A stretch of 64,000 bases of DNA from contig OY969585.1 in assembly GCA_963701295.1 (NCBI GenBank), forward strand, positions 512,827 to 576,826, read 5' to 3'. The notes under the pieces were generated by a model that saw nothing but the letters and a program-made list of their open reading frames with translations, was not told the origin of the DNA and ran no database searches. This document shows, piece after piece, positions 50,619-60,054 of this stretch. Position 1 is the first letter of the stretch. Each line of letters opens with the position of its first letter. The stretch is from Ignavibacteriota bacterium. GTDB lineage: Bacteria > Bacteroidota > Ignavibacteria > UBA10030. The position numbers and the translations under genes are program-made.

Positions 50619-51239
50619 TCAGGCGATGATTGCTCGTCGGGTAAGTCTTCGTACCCGGTCAAGCATTGCTTTCAAGTTCGATGTAATCGTACTTCCAGTT
50701 GTGATCAGATAAATATGTGCAATGAAGAACACCACGAGTAAAAAAGCACCAAGTGTATGCAAAGTCGCTACCACTTTTAATCCGGCAATATTCAGACTGA
50801 TGACCTCGTATCGCTGGGGATAGCGGTAAAACATATACACGAGTCCGCTTGAAACCATCAATGGTATTACTATCACCTTCAATCCGGCATAGACAATTTT
50901 TTGCAGTGGATTCAATTTGCTCAGTAATGTTTTCTTTGTAGGATGCGGTGCATTGCGAAATATTCCAAAAATGTAATACTCCATCTGTGCACGAAGGTTT
51001 TTTCGCGTAGGCAAGTATTGCCTCCATTCACCCGTTGTGACATGCCAGAAAATGGCAAAGACAATCAAGACCAGAAATGCAATAGCAGCAATGTTGTGTA
51101 ATTTTACTGCCTGTTCAAAACCAAAGAAATGGATGCTGCCATGAATTTCAAATCCTGTGAACCCGAGAAAGATAATCAACAGTGCCTGCATCCAATGCCA
51201 GAAGCGCTCGAATCCCTTATAGACATATTCGCGTTTCAT
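50619..51239 (-). CDS. Membrane di-heme cytochrome b (PhsC/FdnI/hydrogenase cyt-b family)
   Basis: MKREYVYKGFERFWHWMQALLIIFL... with conserved His residues in TM helices. The ORF has an upstream extension to 51473. Confidence 0.65.
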   Translation of the reverse strand: MKREYVYKGFERFWHWMQALLIIFLGFTGFEIHGSIHFFGFEQAVKLHNIAAIAFLVLIVFAIFWHVTTGEWRQYLPTRKNLRAQMEYYIFGIFRNAPHPTKKTLLSKLNPLQKIVYAGLKVIVIPLMVSSGLVYMFYRYPQRYEVISLNIAGLKVVATLHTLGAFLLVVFFIAHIYLITTGSTITSNLKAMLDRVRRLTRRAIIA

Positions 51240-51532
51240 GTGTTGTTCTCCTTCCGCTTTCTTGATGATACTATGCGCACACCGCCATGAATCAACACAC
51301 CGGCAAACGCGATCAGAATTAATCCCGTGCCGATATATTCTACCCAAGAAGTATAATCTCTTCCGGGAACGTAGAATCCAGTAAGAGAAGCGATTCGCCC
51401 ATTGTCGCGTGTGTGGCATTCTGCACACGGCACGGTTTTGTTTTTCGGTGAAATCATATGATTCACCGGCCAAGTCATTTCAGTTTCAACGAAACCGTAC
51501 TTACCGCTATAGGGAAGATTAACCATCTTCAT
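51236..51532 (-). CDS. Small monoheme c-type cytochrome (CAECH) with a C-terminal TM anchor
   Basis: Start MKMVNLPYSGKY follows directly after the upstream gene's stop. One CxxCH motif. Hydrophobic C-terminal helix. Confidence 0.5.
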   Translation of the reverse strand: MKMVNLPYSGKYGFVETEMTWPVNHMISPKNKTVPCAECHTRDNGRIASLTGFYVPGRDYTSWVEYIGTGLILIAFAGVLIHGGVRIVSSRKRKENNT

Positions 51533-51539
51533 TCCTTCT

Positions 51540-52811
51540 TCAGATGCCCTGTTCCAATTGAACTCTTTCCAGTATCCTCCATCCCCTTCCTTTGTTGAAA
51601 CGGTTTTCGGTTGAATGAGATATTTGTATCTGAGTATCGTAAATTTGTTTTGCACGATGTATTTTAACCGGCACAATTTTCGAATCGGGATCATCATAAC
51701 TGCCGTAAAGTGTATTGATCTTCACAGGTATTGATGGATCAATCGTATCTCCGACCAAATAATGTGAAGCAGTTCCATTGAACCAGATATAGTCCGGTTT
51801 CAAATTCTTTCCCCATACAAATGATCCCTTGATAGACATATAGATATCAGTTCCATTGGAATCCGTTTCCTCATACGGCTTGCCATCCTTCAGCTTTCCT
51901 GCTGTCGACCAATCCCAATAGAGTTTTGTCGGATTCACTTTGGCATATTCTGGGATATGACAGGTCTGGCAGGCAACCTTTAAAGTATGCTTATTAAGAA
52001 TATCGTCTGTGTGAGGCAGCTCAGTGTGGCATTGCTCGCACTCGACGCGATTGCGGTTCATTGAAGAAACAGAATACATCTTGCCTAGCATTTGATGCTT
52101 GCGAGCGGTATGGCAATCCACGCATTGCATATCTTCACCATCTGACGCCATATGAACATCGACATCGCGCGAGGGATCGAATAATGCTTTTTCGAGATCG
52201 CCATGCTTCACATTATTACCGCCGCCGCCGAAGAAATGGCATGTGCCGCAATTCGCACGCATCGGCTTTCCGACATGCTGGGCCACATTTGTTAAATTCA
52301 CCGAAGCATCTGGCATTCCGGCTCCACCAACTGCTTTTATGTAGGTGTTGCTATTATCATGGCATGCGAGGCAGTCCACATTCAACGGATTCTTAAAGTC
52401 AAATTTTTCATCTCCCCAGCCGTACCCGATATGGCATTTGTTGCAACTTTGTTCATTGCCGGAAATACCAATACAAAAATTGTTCAGAATATTTTTCTTG
52501 CCGAGCGTCCGAATGCCTTTGCCTTCCACATACTCCTGCCGCTCCCAATTCCAATGGCTGGATTGCATCACTTCTTTATGGCGTTCATTATGGCAAGCAA
52601 TACATGCAGAAGTAACTTCCTGGGGTGTCGAAAAATGTTTTTTGAGTTGCGTAAATTGCGTATGATCGACAGATGGTGTTTCTTTCTGTCGGTACTTCAT
52701 GCGCAAGGTTGTAAGCGGTGTCGTTGGTGTGCCATGGTCAGTCAGGGTCAACATGACCGTCAACGAAAGCACAAGAACACCAAGCCCGACGCTGATAATC
52801 GTTTTTTTCAT
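51540..52811 (-). CDS. Multiheme c-type cytochrome (7 CxxCH motifs; octaheme tetrathionate-reductase-like family, putative)
   Basis: Signal peptide. CIACH, CNKCH, CLACH, CGTCH, CVDCH, CEQCH, CQTCH. Confidence 0.7.
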   Translation of the reverse strand: MKKTIISVGLGVLVLSLTVMLTLTDHGTPTTPLTTLRMKYRQKETPSVDHTQFTQLKKHFSTPQEVTSACIACHNERHKEVMQSSHWNWERQEYVEGKGIRTLGKKNILNNFCIGISGNEQSCNKCHIGYGWGDEKFDFKNPLNVDCLACHDNSNTYIKAVGGAGMPDASVNLTNVAQHVGKPMRANCGTCHFFGGGGNNVKHGDLEKALFDPSRDVDVHMASDGEDMQCVDCHTARKHQMLGKMYSVSSMNRNRVECEQCHTELPHTDDILNKHTLKVACQTCHIPEYAKVNPTKLYWDWSTAGKLKDGKPYEETDSNGTDIYMSIKGSFVWGKNLKPDYIWFNGTASHYLVGDTIDPSIPVKINTLYGSYDDPDSKIVPVKIHRAKQIYDTQIQISHSTENRFNKGRGWRILERVQLEQGI

Positions 52812-52829
52812 GTGAATGGATTCCTTGTT

Positions 52830-53294
52830 TTAAGAGGAAGAATCTTTATACTCAGAGATACTGAATGATCGTTGAATCAGTTTCTTAATATTCCCGCAAT
52901 CGGATGAAAGTTGATACACTTTGCAGGCACGGCATTCGCGTGTTGCACAATCGGTGTTCTTTTGCTCGAAGGTCCAGCACCCAGCATCATGCGAGCCGTA
53001 TGCAGGGCAGTCATTTCGTTTTTCTGGAGGGCAACTCACTATTTCCCAGCAAGGTATCAAAGAATGAATCCTGCGAATACCTTCCATACTGATTTTCTGT
53101 TCGTTGATGGCGTTGCGAATACATCGAATGCGTTCAATATCATCTTCTGTATAGATGCGCTGATTGCCTGCACTCTTTTGTATAAGCACAAGCCCGCGTT
53201 CTTCATAAAGCCGGAGTATTTGGACTGATACCCCAAGCAATTTGGCAACTTCACCAATAGAATAGATTGTGGACTCTTTTGTCTCGGTTCTCAT
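52830..53294 (-). CDS. MerR-family regulator with a Cys-rich C-terminal sensing region
   Basis: YSIGEVAKLLGVSVQILRLYEERGL (MerR helix-turn-helix), followed by CWEIVSCP...C...C...CRAC. Confidence 0.7.
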   Translation of the reverse strand: MRTETKESTIYSIGEVAKLLGVSVQILRLYEERGLVLIQKSAGNQRIYTEDDIERIRCIRNAINEQKISMEGIRRIHSLIPCWEIVSCPPEKRNDCPAYGSHDAGCWTFEQKNTDCATRECRACKVYQLSSDCGNIKKLIQRSFSISEYKDSSS

Positions 53295-53481
53295 AGCTAC
53301 ATTTATAATTAGCAACTATTGTGCCGCATAAACATAGGCAATAATGCTAATTATAGCAAATTGAGCTTGGACTAAACGCAAAAATGGAAATAAGCTTTGA
53401 GCTTTATAAAAAATAGGAATGAACAAAAAAGAACAAATGCTGGTAAAATTACCTTATGCAGAAACTCTTGCAAAGCAATTA

Positions 53482-54025
53482 TCAGACAGTAAACCTGAAG
53501 AAAACCATATGCTGTAACTGAATTGTTTCTACAGAAGAGAAGCCCACTTGTTTTGCAGCTGAAAGAATTTCTTCAGTTTTGAGACGATGTTCTAATGGCG
53601 GACCGCTTTCTTCCTGTTTGTAAGGCCATTCGAGGATACAAACTTTTTGCTTTGCGACGCGTTTGGATTCAGAAAGTGCTTTGACAATATCGCTCAGATT
53701 CATGCAACACATGACCCAAATAGACAATATCACAAGAGCCATCTTTTAAAGGAATTTCCTCCACGACTCCATCGAGAAATGTTCCGGTCGGTACAAACTC
53801 TTTAGCTGTTTTCAGCATTTCTGGATTCGGATCGATCCCTGTGACATTCATTCCTCTCTTTGAAAATGCCTCTGCGAATATCCCGCTTCCTGTTCCTATA
53901 TCCAGAACAGTCAAAGCTTTAACACCTTCAAGACAGAGATCAACAACCCGATCTACTTCGAGTAATGCAACTCGTTGCGGGGCTCGAAGGCGTTCAATTT
54001 CTCCATTAAACCTGCGTTCGTGCAT
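53482..54025 (-). pseudogene. Class I SAM-dependent methyltransferase (UbiE/type-11-like), frameshifted near 53700-53730
   Basis: Frame A ...VLDIGTGSGIFAE...IVYLGHVLHE then stop. Frame B continues ...SDIVKALSESKRVAKQKVCILEW... Confidence 0.6.
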
Positions 54026-54043
54026 ATCGTCCCTTGAATAATA

Positions 54044-54298
54044 TTATTTCTCACTCCAATAGTGCATTACTTTAGCTTGTATATATTGCGCAAGTGCCAT
54101 ACGGACTATGCTGCTCGTGCATTCACTCTCGAACTTGCTACAAGCATTGCTCGCAATCTTTTCTGCTTCTTCTTTAGATCGTGCATCGTGAATGCGTTCT
54201 TCAATTCCGGAGCAGTGTTTTGCGATGAGCTCGGATTGGCGGGTCTGATTAAGTCGCAGAAATTGTTGCTCGTTGATTAGCTCTTCATTCCGTATCAT
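54044..54298 (-). CDS. Hypothetical small protein
   Basis: 84-aa ORF with no recognisable motifs. Confidence 0.3.
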   Translation of the reverse strand: MIRNEELINEQQFLRLNQTRQSELIAKHCSGIEERIHDARSKEEAEKIASNACSKFESECTSSIVRMALAQYIQAKVMHYWSEK

Positions 54299-54307
54299 TA
54301 TTTTTTA

Positions 54308-54670
54308 TTACTTTCCAAAGATCATCTTCATTCCAAGGAGCACAAGAAATACGCCGAATATTTTTCCGAGAATATCGTTTGATATTCCTGTCGCATAACG
54401 GGCACCAAATAAGCTACCGACAATAAATCCAGTCGCAATGATTGCTGCTACCTTAATATCCACAAACCCATGTTTGTAATAGGTCCACGCGGCAAGAATA
54501 CCGATGGGAGGAACAAGAAGCGCAAGCGTTGTTCCCTGCGCCTGCTGTTGTGAGAATCCGAAAAGAAAGACAAGTGCCGGAACAATCAAGATTCCGCCGC
54601 CTATCCCTACGAGTCCGCTCAGAATGCCAGCACCTAAACCTAAGAGTAGATATGCAATAATATTTCCCAT
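54308..54670 (-). CDS. TauE/SafE (TSUP)-like small membrane protein (single 4-TM unit)
   Basis: Gly-rich TM helices LLLGLGAGILSGLVGIGGGILIVP. Confidence 0.55.
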   Translation of the reverse strand: MGNIIAYLLLGLGAGILSGLVGIGGGILIVPALVFLFGFSQQQAQGTTLALLVPPIGILAAWTYYKHGFVDIKVAAIIATGFIVGSLFGARYATGISNDILGKIFGVFLVLLGMKMIFGK

Positions 54671-54790
54671 ACAATTGTGTCCTTTTTATTGCTTTATGAA
54701 TATTCCCCTGTTAATAAACAGGAGAATTGCAATAAAAACAAGATTTGGTCAATACGTTACAGAATTTGAGACTGTCTCTTTGATTTCATC

Positions 54791-54997
54791 CTATATATAA
54801 GATGCCGGACTGAAAGGATCAAGAGGACACTGCCTACCGAAATCTGTAACACCAAGAAAGAGTGCAGCAGCGGAACCAATCAATAAGTAATAACTCCTGG
54901 GGCTTCCTAGAAGAAAGAGTATGATCCCCAGGATTCCAATTCCCTTCAACATATTTCTAATCATGATTCGTTGTTGCATTTGATTCTCTTTAAGCAT
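54791..54997 (-). CDS. DUF2892 (YgaP-like) small membrane protein
   Basis: 2-TM protein ending ...GRQCPLDPF... Confidence 0.45.
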   Translation of the reverse strand: MLKENQMQQRIMIRNMLKGIGILGIILFLLGSPRSYYLLIGSAAALFLGVTDFGRQCPLDPFSPASYI

Positions 54998-55199
54998 CTT
55001 TCTTTTTTATCGTCGAAAGCTTCAGTGGCAGATACAACGGGCAGAACCCGATTGCGCTTGTCAATAAAAAGACCACGGCAAAGATGCCAAGAATAATGGC
55101 TGCCGTACCAGTGATTTGATTAGTGAAGTATAGAACGGCTATTACTGCAGCAACAAGAACGCGAACTACTTTATCGATTGAACCCATATTTTGTTTCAT
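54990..55199 (-). CDS. DUF2892 (YgaP-like) small membrane protein
   Basis: MKQNMGSIDKVVRVLVAAVIAVLY...GFCPLY. Commonly found near rhodanese and thioredoxin genes. Confidence 0.5.
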   Translation of the reverse strand: MKQNMGSIDKVVRVLVAAVIAVLYFTNQITGTAAIILGIFAVVFLLTSAIGFCPLYLPLKLSTIKKKDA

Positions 55200-55365
55200 G
55201 ATAATGCTCCTTTGTAATTGGATTGTTTATAAATAGGATGCAAGAAGCCCAAATAAGATTCCGTAGTCCAGAAAATATTTTATTCAAAATTGGCGAATCG
55301 TTTTCATTTCCCCATCATCGTATCTATAACAAAGAAAATGTAACGATAAATAAAGGAGAATAGCC

Positions 55366-55746
55366 ATGTCAGAACATCTCAACAAAGAATCTTTTCGTGA
55401 TAAAGTCTTTAACTTCGAAAAGAATAAAGAGTGGAAGTATGAGGGAAATCTTCCAGCACTTGTCGACTTTTGGGCACCTTGGTGTGGTCCGTGCCGTATG
55501 GTGGGTCCAGTCATCGATGAACTTTCCAAAGAATATGAAGGAAAAGTGAATTTTTATAAAGTGAATACAGACGAAGAGCAAGAGCTTGCAGGGATGTTCG
55601 GTATTCGAAGCATTCCATCACTGCTATTTATTCCAGTCACCGGAGAACCAAAGATGGCAATGGGCGCCTTACCAAAAAAGGAACTGAAAAGAATTATTGA
55701 CACTGACTTGATTCCATCCATCCAAGAAGCAGCGGTAGTTCGATGA
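55366..55746 (+). CDS. trxA: Thioredoxin
   Basis: WAPWCGPC active site. 126 aa. Confidence 0.85.
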   Translation: MSEHLNKESFRDKVFNFEKNKEWKYEGNLPALVDFWAPWCGPCRMVGPVIDELSKEYEGKVNFYKVNTDEEQELAGMFGIRSIPSLLFIPVTGEPKMAMGALPKKELKRIIDTDLIPSIQEAAVVR

Positions 55747-56066
55747 AACAAATTATTCATCAGTTCAAGGTGTACTTCACAGGTTCGATTTGGCGAAAAC
55801 GAATACCGTTTTCTCTCATCGGGGCTTTAGGTGGTTATGCATTATTATTTTATCAGGTGCCGTTCTGGGGCATATCCGATTTCAAGCAATCCATGGATAA
55901 GCACAGCATATGGTCTCGGCATGGGGTTTATCTTGACTATTGGAGAAAGAAAAAAACCACAATCTTAAGATTACAAGTTTGTAATGGATACCCTGTAAAC
56001 AAAATTGTGAATTCGTTTTATTGTTCTAACTTCAAATCGTATTACAGATTTATTAGATTTCATTAA
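55743..56066 (+). CDS. Hypothetical small membrane protein; a degenerate partial copy lies at 62872-63031
   Basis: ATGA start overlap with trxA. TM helix IPFSLIGALGGYALLFYQV. Confidence 0.45.
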   Translation: MKQIIHQFKVYFTGSIWRKRIPFSLIGALGGYALLFYQVPFWGISDFKQSMDKHSIWSRHGVYLDYWRKKKTTILRLQVCNGYPVNKIVNSFYCSNFKSYYRFIRFH

Positions 56067-56201
56067 ATATTTCAATGATTACGCTTTCACGATTTTGATT
56101 TTTAGGTAAAATGAATTACTGGTACCATCAAATTCAAGTAATATGAAAATCGCCTAACACGAAATTAAAACTGTTCGACCAAAGAGAATTTGTATTAATA
56201 T

Positions 56202-56948
56202 CTACATACGACGGATCTGATCTGCGTATCGACGACTGACAATAAGCTCGGTTTCTCTCTTGTCTTTGAGTTTCGCTTTGTATCGTCCGGCAAACCACTT
56301 GACAAACTCACGAATAAAATTCACATTGACGATGACAGCGCGATGAATGCGAATGAAATCAGACTTGTCCAGCTTGACCTCGAGTTCGGTGATTGTTTCA
56401 TCAATCATATACTCCCGGTCTGATGTATGGAGAAATGTGTATTTATCCTTCGCCTCAAAATAAACAACATCTGAAAGATCAAGGAGAAGTATCTTTTCTC
56501 CGATTTTTACTTTCATACGCTGCAGCGATGGTGATACAAGTTGCGACAACATTCGTTCAATGTTTTCATTAAATCGAAGCTTTGAATTTTCGAAGAGCCT
56601 TCGAATTTTTTCCACTGCCTTGTCGAGTCGCTTCTGGCCTATTGGTTTCAATAGATAATCGATTGAGTTCTCGTCGAATGCTTTCAATGCGTATTCGTTG
56701 TATGCTGTGGCAAAGACGATAAAGGGCTTTGTCTGTAACCGGCGGATGACTTCAAATCCGTCGCACCCCGGCATTTGAACATCCAGAAAAATCACATCTG
56801 GCCGTAGGGCAGATATTTTTTCAACAGCTTCTTCACCATTTTGTGCTTCAGCGACAATTTCTAGTTCCGGTTGATATTTCTGGAGCAGCTTTCGCAAGCG
56901 CTTTCGGGCAAGTTCTTCATCGTCCACAATGATTGTGCGAATATGCAT
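56202..56948 (-). CDS. LytTR-family response regulator
   Basis: REC domain IIVDDEELARKRL...DVIFLDVQMPG. C-terminal LytTR DNA-binding domain. Confidence 0.85.
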   Translation of the reverse strand: MHIRTIIVDDEELARKRLRKLLQKYQPELEIVAEAQNGEEAVEKISALRPDVIFLDVQMPGCDGFEVIRRLQTKPFIVFATAYNEYALKAFDENSIDYLLKPIGQKRLDKAVEKIRRLFENSKLRFNENIERMLSQLVSPSLQRMKVKIGEKILLLDLSDVVYFEAKDKYTFLHTSDREYMIDETITELEVKLDKSDFIRIHRAVIVNVNFIREFVKWFAGRYKAKLKDKRETELIVSRRYADQIRRM

Positions 56949-56956
56949 AGGTGGCC

Positions 56957-57979
56957 TTAAGAAAGAGGAATTGAGATATGTATGTGTGTGCTTCCATCGT
57001 GAAACATATTCAAGGCTGCCTTATTCCCGTAGATCAGTTTTAAACGCTCCCGGATACTTTTCAATCCGAATCCTGTTTCACTGGCTTCAATCGTAAAACC
57101 TTTTCCGGAATCAGTCACTGAAATAAGGCATTTGTCATCGATTTGTTTTGCTTCGACGCGTATTGTGCCTCCATCTACTTCGATTGCAATACCATGCTTG
57201 ATGCTGTTCTCAACCAACGGTTGAATAAGAAGAGCTGGCACGTCAATATTGTTGAGCCGATCATCATTTGTGATTTCGAATTCCAATCTATTCCCGAACC
57301 GGATTTTCTCAATCTGGAGATACGAACGAACAATTTCTAATTCCTCAGTAAGTTTGACAGTACTGTTTGCTGTGCATTGTAAGGTGTACCGGAAAAGTTC
57401 TGATAGTTTCTCGACCGTTGATTCTGCTGCTGCCGGATTTTCAGAGATGAGGCTGGCAATTGAGTTAAGAGTGTTGAAAAGGAAATGTGGATTGACCTTA
57501 GCTTGCAGCGCTTCTAATTCTGCCTGCGTTTTGAGACGCATGAGTTTCTCTTCTTGGATTTCTTTCTCCTTCAGCTTTTCTGCCATATGTTGTACCTTCC
57601 CTCGGAGTGAAAAATAGAGGAAAGCAATACCCCCAAAGACTATCGCAAGAAGGAGATTAAAAAGAAGAAGTCGGAAATGACCTTGCATATCAAGATTCAT
57701 TTTTAATATTATAGTTCCGATTTCAGTGCCGACAAATCCACCTATCAAAAAGAGAACAAACAGAGCGCCACTTCTAGGAATCAGAGAAAGCAGTTCAAGT
57801 CGGTGTAAAAAGATGTGAAGGAGGATTGAAATTGAAATACCGATGCAGTACGAAAAAACGAACGAGGCATATACGTAGATGATCCAATGAGATGGGTCTA
57901 TAAACGTCAACGCGGCTGCCACAATTACTGTGCTGACCAAACAAATCATTCCTGTTCGAATGAAATCTTTCTTCGTCAT
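56957..57979 (-). CDS. LytS/YehU-type sensor histidine kinase (5-6 TM + His_kinase + HATPase)
   Basis: ...VNPHFLFNTLNSIASLI... motif of the LytS family. Start at MTKKDFIRTG. Confidence 0.8.
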   Translation of the reverse strand: MTKKDFIRTGMICLVSTVIVAAALTFIDPSHWIIYVYASFVFSYCIGISISILLHIFLHRLELLSLIPRSGALFVLFLIGGFVGTEIGTIILKMNLDMQGHFRLLLFNLLLAIVFGGIAFLYFSLRGKVQHMAEKLKEKEIQEEKLMRLKTQAELEALQAKVNPHFLFNTLNSIASLISENPAAAESTVEKLSELFRYTLQCTANSTVKLTEELEIVRSYLQIEKIRFGNRLEFEITNDDRLNNIDVPALLIQPLVENSIKHGIAIEVDGGTIRVEAKQIDDKCLISVTDSGKGFTIEASETGFGLKSIRERLKLIYGNKAALNMFHDGSTHIHISIPLS

Positions 57980-59259
57980 AGTTGGACTCCAATTCCAAGG
58001 TTCAATGCATCGGTTGTAAATAACGAGCCAAATTCTGAGCCGTCTCTTCCCAGATATGCAGTATAACGCACATAGAGAGAATAATTCTCCCAAACTCTTT
58101 TAGTAATACTCTGGACCAAGACAGTGCTCAGGTCGGTCGCATTCATAAAACAGATCATTTCAAAGCTCCAGCTTTCTGCTGAAAAGAATCCACGCGCGAA
58201 CAGATAATCCTGCATTGTTCCACGCGGTGAAAGAGTTCTGAGCGACCAGAGCAGGTTCATGCGTGAAGGCTCAACCAACTCCGGTGGAACGGTGATCGTC
58301 CCTTTCTGGACCGCATTCTGAAATTTAACAAAGTTCATCCATCTATTCCATTCCTGCGAACTCAATCCTTCGGCATTGTGGTAATATTCTAACGCCAGAT
58401 TTAAGCCGTTATCAAATGTATATTGTCCACCAATTAACACCTTGTAAAAAATCTGTTTTGAATTATCATATAATGATATATATGGATCAGAAACAAAAAT
58501 CTGCTTCTCGTTATCAGTCGTAATGATCCGATGGTACTGATATGATGAACCCATTTTTGCGATACATTCACCGTGCAGCTCTAATTGATCACCAATAACA
58601 TAAGAGAAATTTACGCCACATTCGAGCCTGTCGCTTTGTTTGTAATGCCCAACGAGAGAAACGTCAAAGCCGCTCAGGAAAGTGTTAGCCCGGATTGCGT
58701 ACTCGTTAGTACCCCAATACAACGCGGAGTTTACTATCTGAACATCATTCAAATAGACAAATGTCAGCGAACTTTTTTCGTGATACGCGGTCAGGGAGAG
58801 GAGCGTTCTGCCGTCGTTCTGGTTGAGCCTGTCTGATGGATCGGAAGGGGAGCGTGGCGGCTCGACGACACCGGTAGGATTAAACGCATATCCTGTCCCC
58901 CACTTAAGGATTTTTTTTCCGATCAGAAGGTTCATCTCATCGGTAACAGAAATATCCGCTGAAAGTTCACGGATTCTATAATTGTATTCCGGTCTGCTTA
59001 TATCGTTCGTGATGGCAGTAAACCCAAACGAGCCACAAAACACACTATATCCGAGAGAAAGAGATGCAGTTCCCATTTGCCCAAACGTCGGCTGCGGCAG
59101 TATTCGATTATTGTAATTCAGAGGAGTTGTTGTATTGATCTTGTAGTACGTTCCTTCTTCCACAAACGAACAACCGGTTTCCAGAGGTTGAGCATAGATT
59201 GCAGGCATAGCGAAAAGAATTGTTTGCCAAACGATCATCAAGCGTGGTAATCGGGTCAT
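57976..59259 (-). CDS. Outer-membrane protein (predicted beta-barrel), hypothetical
   Basis: Signal peptide MTRLPRLMIVWQTILFAMPAIYAQ. C-terminal ...NLGIGVQL. Confidence 0.45.
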   Translation of the reverse strand: MTRLPRLMIVWQTILFAMPAIYAQPLETGCSFVEEGTYYKINTTTPLNYNNRILPQPTFGQMGTASLSLGYSVFCGSFGFTAITNDISRPEYNYRIRELSADISVTDEMNLLIGKKILKWGTGYAFNPTGVVEPPRSPSDPSDRLNQNDGRTLLSLTAYHEKSSLTFVYLNDVQIVNSALYWGTNEYAIRANTFLSGFDVSLVGHYKQSDRLECGVNFSYVIGDQLELHGECIAKMGSSYQYHRIITTDNEKQIFVSDPYISLYDNSKQIFYKVLIGGQYTFDNGLNLALEYYHNAEGLSSQEWNRWMNFVKFQNAVQKGTITVPPELVEPSRMNLLWSLRTLSPRGTMQDYLFARGFFSAESWSFEMICFMNATDLSTVLVQSITKRVWENYSLYVRYTAYLGRDGSEFGSLFTTDALNLGIGVQL

Positions 59260-60054
59260 CGAAGTTTTTCCAGATAATCTTTGTTGAAATACTTTGCCGG
59301 AATGTCGCGTTGTGTATATCCAGTAAAGGTCATAATTGTTGTCCTCCCTTCGCGAAGCGCATCGAAAATTGTCATCTGCGAAAGAAGGACTTTGTTGGAA
59401 ACAAGACTGTACTTATTATAGAGAATAGTCTTGTAATGTTTTCCTGAGGTTAAATAGATTTCCGCTTTCTTTGGACGGAGATTCTCTTTTGCTACCCAGT
59501 ACCTCGATTCTCTGATAGGTTGCGCCATCCCGTTTTGCCGTTAATTCAAGCATGAAACAGTGAACTCCATCTATGACTTCTCCACGTTTGAATGTTGCAG
59601 TATAATCATCCGCGTAATGTGTACGGGCAATGTCACCATTTGAAGCATCGCCCATCAGTCGTTGCAAAGGAGTAATACGGATCGGCTTCCGTGTGTTCGG
59701 CATGTAAATCCACATAGCATCGTCGAGCATAAGTAGGTACTGACCCTTGACATCGGCATTCAAGAACTTCACCAGCGTCTTATCGGCTCCTTTCATAGAC
59801 ACCTCGAAACTGCCTTCGTCCTTTAATTCCTCATCCACATAGTTTTTAATGTTCGTGATGTTTGTGTAAGATTCCCATCCGTTCCGGCTTAGATCAGACT
59901 GTTGCAGAATCTCTTCTGCCGTCGGTGTATCATTTTTGTGTTGTATCGATTGTTCCACTTGAGCGGAAGTTGTTTTAATCGCGAGGAGTATTACCACGCA
60001 CAAAGCTAAACAAATAAAGTTATATCTCATTTGATTTATCCTTTTCACACTCAT
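59256..60054 (-). pseudogene. LolA-like / outer-membrane lipoprotein-sorting-like protein with a 1-nt frameshift near 59505
   Basis: Frame A ...DGATYQRIEVLGSK...*. Frame B ...RYWVAKENLRPKKAEIYLTSGKHYK... One extra G in GAGGTACTGG. Confidence 0.5.

Noticed and set aside
51236-51697. 158-nt overlap between the multiheme cytochrome ORF and the following 153-aa ORF, suggesting a frameshift
   Set aside because: The second gene has a plausible start (MKMVNLPY) 8 nt inside the first gene's end. Both genes are intact as separate ORFs.
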